Of a stretch of 64,000 nucleotides of DNA, positions 39,260-47,640 are shown one piece after another. Location of the stretch: contig DVLT01000038.1 in NCBI GenBank assembly GCA_018715345.1, positions 7,614 through 71,613 of the forward strand, read 5' to 3'. The translations under genes were made by a program, and so were the position numbers. A model generated the notes under the pieces. The model was not told the DNA's origin. It searched no databases and saw only the letters and a list, made by a program, of their open reading frames with translations. The DNA is from Candidatus Onthocola gallistercoris (GTDB taxonomy: Bacteria; Bacillota; Clostridia; Lachnospirales; Lachnospiraceae). Numbering within the stretch: the first letter of the stretch is position 1; each line of letters opens with the position of its first letter.

Positions 39260-41182
39260 ATGATCATAAAAGATTTATATATGCAGCATTTCGGAAAGTT
39301 CCATGACAGACATATCCGGCTGGATCGGGGAATGAACATCATCTACGGGGACAATGAAGCCGGTAAGTCCACCATGACCAGTTTCATTGAAGCCATGTTT
39401 TTCGGGACCGAACGGGCCCGGGGAAAGGCGGCCAGAAAAGATATGTACAGTCGTTATCAACCCTGGGAAGGCGGACGAAACTACGAAGGCCGTATGACAG
39501 TGGAAGATAACGGGGAGACCTTTCGCCTCAGCAGGAATTTTTATAAGGAAGATCCGTCTTTTTCAGTGGAACATATGCAGAGCGGGAAAAAGGTTTCGTT
39601 GGCGGATGAACGGATCGATGACTTGTTTGACGGCCTGACCCGGCCAAATTTTAAAAATACCCTTTGTATCGGTCAACTGTCCGGACGGCCGGACAGTCAG
39701 TATGGGCTGTCTTTGCAGGCACAAATGGCCAATGCGGCAAAGACCAGCACAACGGGGGTGGATTTAAAAGGCGCGTTGGAATACCTGAAAAAGGAACGGC
39801 GTCAATATGACTCAAAAGCCATCAAAGACCGTCTGCAGGCCATCGATGACCAGTTAAACGGTACCGTCCCGTTGATGGATCCGGAGGAATACGATAGACA
39901 GCATGCTCGACTGGAACAGCAGATCAAGGACAATGAGGCCCGGATACGGGAAGCCCGACAGTCGGGAAAGACGGCCCGAAAAAAAGATCAGAAGCAGCGG
40001 ATGGAGGCCATACGCCTTCTGGAAGAGAATAATTATCTGGCTGAAGAATATCAGCGGAAAAAAGCCCGATATAACGCCCTTGGCAAAAAAGCATCCAGAG
40101 GGGATTATCAGACGCTGCAAAGGCAGTGGCGGGAAGCCAGAGATACGTATAATCAGTCTTACGATAAATTGTCCCGGAGAAATGGAAGAGATCTGGCCAT
40201 CTTATTTTCGGTGATGATGTTTGGCCTCCTCATACTGATGGTATTTTTCTTTCTGAAAAATTCCACCATATACCGCATCGGAGCCTGCCTGGTGTTTGCC
40301 GCTGTACTCATCGGCTGCGCCCTGCTTTTGATGACTGGACGCGGCCAGTTAAAACGGCGGACGCGCAAGGCCAGGGAAGCTATGGAACAGTACCAGGAAC
40401 AGATGGAAGAAGGCATGGCCGGCCAGGGACAGGCTCGGGAAAGGGAAACCCTGCGCCAGGAATTGATCCGGCTGAAAGAAAAGTATGATGCGATCCAAGA
40501 ACCCCTTCAGGAATATATGGATATATACGGGGAAGATCTGTCCCTGATCGACGAGGAAGAGGACGGAGAAGATGTCCTTGAGCCGTTGAACCGGGAGCGG
40601 GAGGAACTGATACGGAAGAAGGAGCAGCTAAATGCCCGGAAAGAATGGGCCGACCGGGCGGAGGCAGACCGGATGGCCCTGGAAGAGGAAGCGTCGGTTC
40701 TTCAAGAAAAAATGGCGGAAAATGAAGAACAGTCGGGGATCATCGAGGAATGTGCGGAGATCATCAGATCTCTTTCGGAAGACATCCACGGGGATTTCGG
40801 GCAGGAGCTGAACCAATGGGTATCCGGGATCTTTAACCGGATGACCGGCGGCAAATATCCATCGGTCCGTGTGGACGAGCAGTTGGGCATCCAGGTGGAT
40901 GACGGACATCAGTTTGTGGATATCGACCTGTTGAGCCAGGGGACAAAAGATCAGTTATACCTGTCCCTTCGGCTGGCCATGGTCCACCTGCTTTTTGGCG
41001 GCAAACCCATGCCGGTGATCCTGGATGATACCTTTGCCAGTTTTGATGACAGCCGGATGGCGGAGACGCTGCACTGGCTGGGAAATGAAACGGGTTTGCA
41101 GGTCATCATCCTGACTTGTCATCATCGGGAAGCGGCCGCACTGGATGAAATGGGTATGGATTACCATTATGTGGAATTGTGA
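39260..41182 (+). CDS. SbcC/YhaN-like AAA ATPase with coiled coil and a central TM pair
   Basis: Walker A GDNEAGKST, long charged coiled coils, two central hydrophobic helices, C-terminal LILDDTFASFD Walker B. Confidence 0.7.
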   Translation: MIIKDLYMQHFGKFHDRHIRLDRGMNIIYGDNEAGKSTMTSFIEAMFFGTERARGKAARKDMYSRYQPWEGGRNYEGRMTVEDNGETFRLSRNFYKEDPSFSVEHMQSGKKVSLADERIDDLFDGLTRPNFKNTLCIGQLSGRPDSQYGLSLQAQMANAAKTSTTGVDLKGALEYLKKERRQYDSKAIKDRLQAIDDQLNGTVPLMDPEEYDRQHARLEQQIKDNEARIREARQSGKTARKKDQKQRMEAIRLLEENNYLAEEYQRKKARYNALGKKASRGDYQTLQRQWREARDTYNQSYDKLSRRNGRDLAILFSVMMFGLLILMVFFFLKNSTIYRIGACLVFAAVLIGCALLLMTGRGQLKRRTRKAREAMEQYQEQMEEGMAGQGQARERETLRQELIRLKEKYDAIQEPLQEYMDIYGEDLSLIDEEEDGEDVLEPLNREREELIRKKEQLNARKEWADRAEADRMALEEEASVLQEKMAENEEQSGIIEECAEIIRSLSEDIHGDFGQELNQWVSGIFNRMTGGKYPSVRVDEQLGIQVDDGHQFVDIDLLSQGTKDQLYLSLRLAMVHLLFGGKPMPVILDDTFASFDDSRMAETLHWLGNETGLQVIILTCHHREAAALDEMGMDYHYVEL

Positions 41183-41228
41183 TAAAGACAAAAAAAGCGT
41201 ATAAAAGTACAAAAAATAAGTCGAATCC

Positions 41229-41287
41229 GGACAGAAAATGACAGAATCCGGACACATCATTCCAAAGGGATAAATATATGATACAAT
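41229..41287 (+). promoter_or_regulatory. Promoter P1 with a tripartite direct-repeat operator (candidate LytTR site)
   Basis: GGACA (41229) N6 GACAG (41240) N5 GGACA (41250), then 27 nt, then TGaTACAAT with -10 at 41282-41287. The wider 11-mer GAATCCGGACA is repeated with 21-bp periodicity. Confidence 0.55.
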
Positions 41288-41302
41288 ACGGAGGCAGAGA
41301 TC

Positions 41303-42028
41303 ATGGGGGAAAACATGAGAATAGCAGTTGTGGATGACGAACCCTTTTTCCAGGAGGAAATCATACGATGTCTGAAGGAGAGCGGGAGAAAACTGGGGAT
41401 ACGGATGAGTATCGAAAGTTTTGATTCGGCAGAGCAGCTGCGCCGGGAGATTAGGGAAACCGGAACCTTCAGCGCCTATTTTCTGGATTACAGTCTGGAA
41501 GGGGAGAATGGTTTTGAACTGGCCCAGTATCTGAACCGTCATGGCGAGCATCCGTATATCATCTTTGTCACTTCCTATGACGGGATGGCGGTGGATGCTT
41601 ACCAGCTGGATGCGTTCCGGTTTATTCCAAAGCTGGAAATGGAATCGCGGATCGAAGAGGCTGTAACAAGTATATACAGGGAATGTCAGCCGGGAAACCG
41701 GCGGTATTATATCCTGGTAACCAGAGATCGGATCGATCGGGTGGATTACCGGGATATCCTGTATTTCAAAAAGGATGGACGATATACCCAGCTGCGGACG
41801 GCCAGACATTGGGTCAGTATCCGCAAATCTCTGAAGGAAATATGGGACGAGCTGCCGCCGGAAGAATTTGTTTTTGTCAACAAAAGCTGTATTGTCAATC
41901 TGAGCCATACAGTGGGTGTCCAGGAACGGTATGTGATCCTGAGCAGCCGGGAGGAGCTGCCCATCAGCCGCTCCCAGTACAAACCCGTCAGAGACAAGAT
42001 TTTTGAATACTGGCAGGCGAAAAGATGA
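41303..42028 (+). CDS. LytTR/AlgR-family response regulator (RR1)
   Basis: Receiver domain (IAVVDDE, FLDYSL) and C-terminal LytTR domain (ILYFKKDGRYTQL...FVFVNKSCIVNL). GGAGG lies 8 nt before ATG 41303. Confidence 0.85.
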   Translation: MGENMRIAVVDDEPFFQEEIIRCLKESGRKLGIRMSIESFDSAEQLRREIRETGTFSAYFLDYSLEGENGFELAQYLNRHGEHPYIIFVTSYDGMAVDAYQLDAFRFIPKLEMESRIEEAVTSIYRECQPGNRRYYILVTRDRIDRVDYRDILYFKKDGRYTQLRTARHWVSIRKSLKEIWDELPPEEFVFVNKSCIVNLSHTVGVQERYVILSSREELPISRSQYKPVRDKIFEYWQAKR

Positions 42029-43335
42029 GTCTATTTTACGCAATTTGGGAATTTGTATATTGTTTTGCAGAACTGTTTGTCACATGGCGGCTGTTGTCGG
42101 CCATTTTTCTCCTTCCCCATCGTGTGAGGGAGGATTGGAAGGCGTTTCTCTGGTTCGTGCCCCTGGGGATCATTCAGGGCGTGAATGCCCAGGGTGTTAT
42201 GATGTCCATCGCCATATTGTATATCAATATCGCCTATATGACTGTCCTGTATGTGAAAAAGGCGGAGACGGATAAAAAGGATGTGCTGCTGATCGTGGCA
42301 ACCGTGTGCAGTTCATTCTATCTGTTCCGGCTGGCGACGATACATTTGATCGGATTTTTATTGGATATCGGGGAGTTTGGCCGATATCTTTACATGGAGC
42401 ATAGTATTGAACGGCTTTTGGTACAGCTATTCCAAATAGTATGCCTGGCCATTTTAAGCGGAGGTTTGACGCATCATTTTGAAAAGTCGCCTTTTGACAT
42501 GGAATGCTGGCGTTGGACATTGCTTTTGGTAACAGTGACAGAGAATCTGGCTGTCATTTATTTTCAAGGGATTTTTATTAATTACCAGTGGAAGGATATC
42601 CTACAGGATGTTTTGTTGCTGTCCTTTGTGCTGCACATACTGGCAACACTCGTTCTGGCCAAGTTCCAATGGCGGTATCAGAAGATGCGGCTGGACACGG
42701 CGGACATACGGAATGCGGAGATACTGGACAAGTATCACCAGTTGGAAGAAGTGCAGAAGGCACAGGCGTCCATGCTCCATGACTTGAGGAATTATCTGGT
42801 GGTCTTAAACGGGGAGATCAGCATGGGTAACCGGGAAGCGGCCAAAAGGACGCTGAGAGATATCATAGATACTGTGCCCAACGTGGAACCTAAAACCTAT
42901 ACCGGCCACGGCGTCATCGACTGGCTGCTCCGGGTAAAAAGCGCGGAGGCGGCGGAAAAGGGCGTGGAGATGTTCATCGCCGGCGATAAGGTGGGCGAAC
43001 TGGCCATCACCGAACTGGAGATATGTACGCTGCTGGGTAATCTTTTGGACAATGCGGTGGAAGCGGCCCAGAAGGCTCCGGAGAAATGGGTGGATGTGGA
43101 GATCTGGCGGGAAAAGGATCTTTTGTTCCTGAATGTGGGCAACAGTCTGGCGGAGCCGCCAAAGCAGAGTGGAAGGTATTTCCTCACCTCCAAGCAGGAC
43201 AAGATGCACCATGGCATCGGCCTGAGAAATGTGGACCGGGTGGTGAGAAAATATAGCGGCAAGCTGAACTTCAAAGTGGACGAGGAACGGTTTGACGCGG
43301 AAGTCATATTAAATGCGAAAAGGAGACAGGAATGA
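42025..43335 (+). CDS. AgrC/HPK10-type membrane histidine kinase (GHKL)
   Basis: 6-7 N-terminal TM helices. H-box MLHDLRNYL, N-box LLGNLLDNAVEAA, G-box HGIGLRNV. ATGA overlap with the RR1 stop. Confidence 0.8.
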   Translation: MSLFYAIWEFVYCFAELFVTWRLLSAIFLLPHRVREDWKAFLWFVPLGIIQGVNAQGVMMSIAILYINIAYMTVLYVKKAETDKKDVLLIVATVCSSFYLFRLATIHLIGFLLDIGEFGRYLYMEHSIERLLVQLFQIVCLAILSGGLTHHFEKSPFDMECWRWTLLLVTVTENLAVIYFQGIFINYQWKDILQDVLLLSFVLHILATLVLAKFQWRYQKMRLDTADIRNAEILDKYHQLEEVQKAQASMLHDLRNYLVVLNGEISMGNREAAKRTLRDIIDTVPNVEPKTYTGHGVIDWLLRVKSAEAAEKGVEMFIAGDKVGELAITELEICTLLGNLLDNAVEAAQKAPEKWVDVEIWREKDLLFLNVGNSLAEPPKQSGRYFLTSKQDKMHHGIGLRNVDRVVRKYSGKLNFKVDEERFDAEVILNAKRRQE

Positions 43336-43481
43336 TGAGAGAACAGAACATGGACAGGATCAACGTGGAAGAAGTGAAAAGTGAAATGGAACAGATGAAA
43401 TCTTTCAAAAACGCAGAGATTGAGCCGAGAATGTCTATTACAGTTACATGTACAGCACTCTTTACAGTTATCTGCTGTTGA
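43332..43481 (+). CDS. Lanthipeptide precursor peptide (LanA-like), 49 aa, absent from the ORF track
   Basis: AGGAGA at 43321-43326. The ATG overlaps the kinase TGA. Translation: MMREQNMDRINVEEVKSEMEQMKSFKNAEIEPRMSITVTCTALFTVICC. A LanM gene starts 87 nt downstream. Confidence 0.8.
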   Translation: MMREQNMDRINVEEVKSEMEQMKSFKNAEIEPRMSITVTCTALFTVICC

Positions 43482-43491
43482 TCGAATAGTC

Positions 43492-43531
43492 AAAAAGGGA
43501 TAAAAATCCGCTGATTTTTATCCCCTTTTTG
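43492..43531 (+). terminator. Intercistronic hairpin/terminator between precursor and lanM
   Basis: Perfect 12-bp stem: GGGATAAAAATC (43497-43508), loop CGCT, GATTTTTATCCC (43513-43524). Followed by CTTTTTG. Confidence 0.75.
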
Positions 43532-43568
43532 TTACCATAAAGATTTTATTGGATGTTGGGGGAACGTT

Positions 43569-46559
43569 ATGTTTGATAAAAGACAAAGTTATCTGAATGA
43601 GCGGATCTACAAAAAGCATGAGGGAGGTGTGCGGACGCCGGAGTTATGGAAAGAGCTGTTTGGGGATGCATCATGTCAGATGATCGAAAACCGTTATCCA
43701 CAGGTGCGCGCCTATTTTGCCCAGGAACCCTATACAGTGGAAGAGGGTTGGCCGGATGCTTGCGACGGAAAGATCTTTACCCTGTATCAGCACGGGTTTT
43801 ATCACGGAAAAGCCCAATGGAATAAAGAAGTATTTGACAGCTTCTACATTCCATGGCTGAGCACGGCCAGGGAATATTTCCGATACATTTATCCGGACAG
43901 CAGACAGGATACGGCCTTTTTTACGGAGGGTTTGCCAGGATTCCGAAAAAAGATGGTCACTTTGTCTTTAAGGGTACTGATCCAGGAGATGAAAGTCTGG
44001 GGCGATGATGGGGAATCGGGAGAACTATACCAACGATACAACGAGGATGCCTTAAAGGATGAGATTTATGTCGATCAACTGTATGAAAAATATCCGGTCA
44101 TGCTGCGGGAATTGATCCGGTGTGTTCGTCAGACATGTGAATCCATCAAAGAATGTTTGGAATATCTGGAAAAAGACCGGGGGGAGATCTGCCAAAGGCT
44201 GCTGGGAGGCCGTTCCTTTGGAAAAGTAACAGTAGTCAAAGATGCTTTGGGCGATACCCATCATAATGGGCGATCCGTACTGGAACTGACCTTGGATACA
44301 GGAGATAAACTGATCTATAAACCCCATAACCTGGAGCATGAAGCGTTTTATCAAGAGATGACCCATATTTTATCAGAAGGCTGTCGGGTGGAAACCTATG
44401 TCCGACCCATTATTTGCCGGGAAGATCACGGATGGGAAAAACAGATCGAAGCTTCTTCATGTGGGACCCGGGAAAACGTACAGGATTATTACTACCGGAT
44501 GGGTATCCATCTGTTTAGCGCCTGGCTGTTTTCTGTAAAAGATCTGCATTACGAAAATATCATTGCCATGGGAGTTTATCCGGTTTTTGTGGATACAGAA
44601 GCGCTGTTGGTGCCGGAACGAAAGGGGGATCCGGAGCTTTTGTTCGAAGTGGAACGGTGGAAGAATCAGTCGGTCCTTGCCACCTGTCTGCTGCCTTCCC
44701 GGACTCCCGGTTTTGGAAGGGATATCAGCGGCATCTGCGGAAGCGGCGGAAAAAGCTGCCTGAAAACCCCCACAGTGCTGGATCCTGGAACCGGGAAGAT
44801 GCGCATGGGGTATGCCATGGGAGATATGGCGGAAGGCAAAAACATCCCCCGAACGCCAAGGGGATATGAGGTTCCAGAAAACTTTGCGGATGAGATTGAA
44901 AAAGGATTCACAGATGCTTTTCAGTATGCCTTGTTTATCAAGTCCCGGCTGATGAAAGCCGTGGAGGATCGGAAGGATATAAAGGGACGGTATCTATACC
45001 GATATACCCAGGAATATACATTAAATCTGTGGAGTTCCTATAACCCTTTGTTTTTATCAGATGGGGGTATGCGCCACATGTTTCTCATGAACATGGCAGA
45101 GAATAAGGAAAGCCAAACGATCCGCCGGATCAATGATCTGGAAATCGAGCAGATGCTTGGCGGAGACATTCCCTATTTTACGGCGGATTCCCTGGATACC
45201 GGCTTGCATGATCCTAAAGGGGAGATGGTGGAAGGGTGGTTTGCGGAAACGCCAAAGGCGATGGCGGCCCGCCGGATCTGCCGACTGTCAGAGCAGGATA
45301 TGGGAAATGAACGGACGGCGATAAGGGAAGCTTTTGACCGGAATTTTTCCCTCAACGATATGGTATGTACGGCAGAAACGGACAGGGAAACAGTCGTACG
45401 TTGGATACTGGAAAAAATCGATGGGGAAAAGATCCTCCTGCATGATGGCAGCGTGGCCTGGGTACAGAAAGACTACAGCGCCGAAGGCCAGGGGGCAAGG
45501 ACTACGGATATATTAAGCATGAACCTGTATGACGGTATCGGCGGGATCGCCTTGTTCATTGCCGCCGGCTGGAAAGTGCTCAAAGACGACAGACTTCGGC
45601 AGATGATGGATGTGTTGAGACAGACATTATTTGCCTATACGGATCAGATGATGCAGTTGGAGCGAAAGAGCAAGACCGGCGCTTTCGGCGGTGAGGCATC
45701 CATTGTCTATACCTATCATCTGTTGTATAAGATCACAGGAGAAAAGATCTATCTCACCTATAGCCAGCGACATGTGAAGATACTGGAACGGTATATAGAA
45801 ATGGACGACTGGTATGATGTGGTGGATGGAAATGCAGGAGCCATCCTTGTGCTTTTAAATCTTTACGAGGAGACGGAAAAGGGGCGTTATCTCCGGGATG
45901 CCATTAAAGCCGGCATATGTCTGCTTGAGCACCATGTGGAGCAGCAGCAGGGGATCGCCTGGAAAAACAAAGCGTCCGGTCAGATGTTGGCAGGCTTTTC
46001 CCACGGCGACAGCGGAATGTTCCTGGCATTGTCCCGGCTGTATCATCATACCGGTGATGAAGGCGTTCTGGATGTGTTAAAGCAGATCCGGGAACATGAG
46101 ATGTCACTGTATGTGGAAGAAGTGGACGACTGGCTGGATCTTCGGGGAAAGACGCCCGAAGTGCGGGAAACGGTGGCCTGGTGCCACGGCGCGGGCGGTA
46201 TCCTTTTGTCCCGCCTGAAAAGCTATCCCTATCTGACGGGAACGTTGAAGGAAGAGGTGGCGAAAGATATCCATCGGGCAGCCCAAAAGGCGGCGGTTGG
46301 CCATATACGGAAGGACTTCTGTCTCTGCCACGGCAATTTCGGGAACCGATGGATCCGGGATGCCTATAGGCTTTTTTCAGGAGAGACCGGGACAGAAAAA
46401 CCGGTGTCCGACCTGTTGATAGAAAAGATCCGAGAGCATGGGCTGGAAGCGGAAGAAAGCCGGCGTTACAGTCTGATGCACGGCCTGGCCGGCATCGGCT
46501 ACGGCCTGCTGCGGGAGATGGATCCGTCCCTGCCGGATATACTGGCAGTGGAAGTGTAA
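43569..46559 (+). CDS. lanM: Class II lanthipeptide synthetase LanM
   Basis: 996 aa. N-terminal DUF4135-type dehydratase region. C-terminal LanC-like cyclase with GFSHGDSG, WCHGAGG and CLCHGNFG (Zn-ligand and catalytic His motifs). Confidence 0.9.
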   Translation: MFDKRQSYLNERIYKKHEGGVRTPELWKELFGDASCQMIENRYPQVRAYFAQEPYTVEEGWPDACDGKIFTLYQHGFYHGKAQWNKEVFDSFYIPWLSTAREYFRYIYPDSRQDTAFFTEGLPGFRKKMVTLSLRVLIQEMKVWGDDGESGELYQRYNEDALKDEIYVDQLYEKYPVMLRELIRCVRQTCESIKECLEYLEKDRGEICQRLLGGRSFGKVTVVKDALGDTHHNGRSVLELTLDTGDKLIYKPHNLEHEAFYQEMTHILSEGCRVETYVRPIICREDHGWEKQIEASSCGTRENVQDYYYRMGIHLFSAWLFSVKDLHYENIIAMGVYPVFVDTEALLVPERKGDPELLFEVERWKNQSVLATCLLPSRTPGFGRDISGICGSGGKSCLKTPTVLDPGTGKMRMGYAMGDMAEGKNIPRTPRGYEVPENFADEIEKGFTDAFQYALFIKSRLMKAVEDRKDIKGRYLYRYTQEYTLNLWSSYNPLFLSDGGMRHMFLMNMAENKESQTIRRINDLEIEQMLGGDIPYFTADSLDTGLHDPKGEMVEGWFAETPKAMAARRICRLSEQDMGNERTAIREAFDRNFSLNDMVCTAETDRETVVRWILEKIDGEKILLHDGSVAWVQKDYSAEGQGARTTDILSMNLYDGIGGIALFIAAGWKVLKDDRLRQMMDVLRQTLFAYTDQMMQLERKSKTGAFGGEASIVYTYHLLYKITGEKIYLTYSQRHVKILERYIEMDDWYDVVDGNAGAILVLLNLYEETEKGRYLRDAIKAGICLLEHHVEQQQGIAWKNKASGQMLAGFSHGDSGMFLALSRLYHHTGDEGVLDVLKQIREHEMSLYVEEVDDWLDLRGKTPEVRETVAWCHGAGGILLSRLKSYPYLTGTLKEEVAKDIHRAAQKAAVGHIRKDFCLCHGNFGNRWIRDAYRLFSGETGTEKPVSDLLIEKIREHGLEAEESRRYSLMHGLAGIGYGLLREMDPSLPDILAVEV

Positions 46560-46648
46560 AAAAGTTGTAAGAACTGGCGGAACGGATGCTATAACCGGAC
46601 GTTATATGGTAAAATCAATAGTAGGAGACGAACTGTATATAGATTGTT

Positions 46649-47455
46649 TTGGCAGGCAGCAGAATCGTGTCTGAAAATCAAGCATACACAGAAGGTCAGA
46701 AACTGCCCGGATATCTGAAGATCGGGATTGTGGACGATGAAGTTTATTTCCAGGAACAGATATATGGCATTTTAAAGAAATGTGAAAAATGTTTAAAAAT
46801 CCGCATGGATATCCGGATATTTTCTTCGGCAGAGGAGCTGATGGAAAGTCTGAATGAGAAAGAAATATTTACAGCCTTTTTTCTGGATTATCGTCTGGGC
46901 GATGACAATGGTTTTGCGCTGGCAGAAAAGATCCAAGCCTTTTTACCGGATGCTTTTTTGATCTTTGTCTCCTCTTACTCGGAAAAAGTATTTGATGCGT
47001 TTCGGCTGAAAGCTTTTCGATTTATCCCCAAAACGGATATGGAAAAACGTATAAGCGAGGCTATCGGGTCGATTTACCGGGAATTGGAAAGCGTGAATAC
47101 GGCATATTATGTGGTGGCAACGGGCCAGGGAATGGAACAGATCTGTTTCAGGGATATACTTTATGTCCGTAAAGAAGGCAAATACAGTGTGATCGTGACC
47201 AAGGCGGGTGAAAGACGTGTGAGAAAATCGCTGAAGGAGATTTCCGGGGAATTGCGGGAAAACGAATTTGCCTATACGGCAAGAGATTATATTGTTAATC
47301 TGGAGCATATATCCGGTTTTTCCGGCAATGATGTGATCTTGGAAGACGACTGTTTGATTCCGGTAAGCAGAGAGAGGAGAAAGGACCTAAAACAAAAAAT
47401 TTGGGACTATTACGAACAAAAGAGGAAGGAATCGAAAAATAGAAATAAAAATTAG
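46649..47455 (+). CDS. LytTR-family response regulator (RR2), paralog of RR1
   Basis: IGIVDDE, FLDYRL and a LytTR domain (ILYVRKEGKYSVI...YIVNLEHI). There is no in-frame ATG before the receiver domain. Candidate starts are TTG 46649, GTG 46667 and ATT 46643, all poorly spaced from AGGAGA (46623-46628). Confidence 0.75.
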   Translation: MAGSRIVSENQAYTEGQKLPGYLKIGIVDDEVYFQEQIYGILKKCEKCLKIRMDIRIFSSAEELMESLNEKEIFTAFFLDYRLGDDNGFALAEKIQAFLPDAFLIFVSSYSEKVFDAFRLKAFRFIPKTDMEKRISEAIGSIYRELESVNTAYYVVATGQGMEQICFRDILYVRKEGKYSVIVTKAGERRVRKSLKEISGELRENEFAYTARDYIVNLEHISGFSGNDVILEDDCLIPVSRERRKDLKQKIWDYYEQKRKESKNRNKN

Positions 47456-47472
47456 AAAGATACGGTATTCAA

Positions 47473-47531
47473 GGACAAAAAAAGACAGTTGGAGGACAAT
47501 CCTCTGCGAATTTTTTAGAAACTGTTATACT
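47473..47531 (+). promoter_or_regulatory. Promoter P2 with the same tripartite operator as P1
   Basis: GGACA (47473) N6 GACAG (47484) N5 GGACA (47494), then 27 nt, then TGtTATACT with -10 at 47526-47531. Confidence 0.55.
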
Positions 47532-47640
47532 GGAACCAACGAATGAAGCTGGCTTATTCAAAAGATTTAAGGGGGGCGATACCGTTGGGGATGGAACAAT
47601 GGAAACTGCAGACAATCAGAAAAGGGAGGAGAGGAAGAGT

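Noticed and set aside
40955-42043. 362-aa minus-strand ORF spanning the yhaN-like 3' end, promoter P1 and RR1
   Set aside because: It runs through an intergenic promoter region and lies opposite two well-supported plus-strand genes. It has low-complexity composition and no motifs.
42897-43493. 198-aa minus-strand ORF opposite the kinase 3' end and the precursor peptide (begins MTIRSTADNCKECCTCNCN)
   Set aside because: It is antisense to the ATGA-coupled kinase/peptide pair. The Cys-rich start is just the reverse translation of the Thr/Cys core. It has no RBS.
47599-47640. Longer start (METADNQKREERKS...) for the secreted Tyr-rich protein
   Set aside because: The extension would put 14 charged residues in front of the signal peptide, and it contains the GGGAGGAGAGGA RBS that serves ATG 47641.
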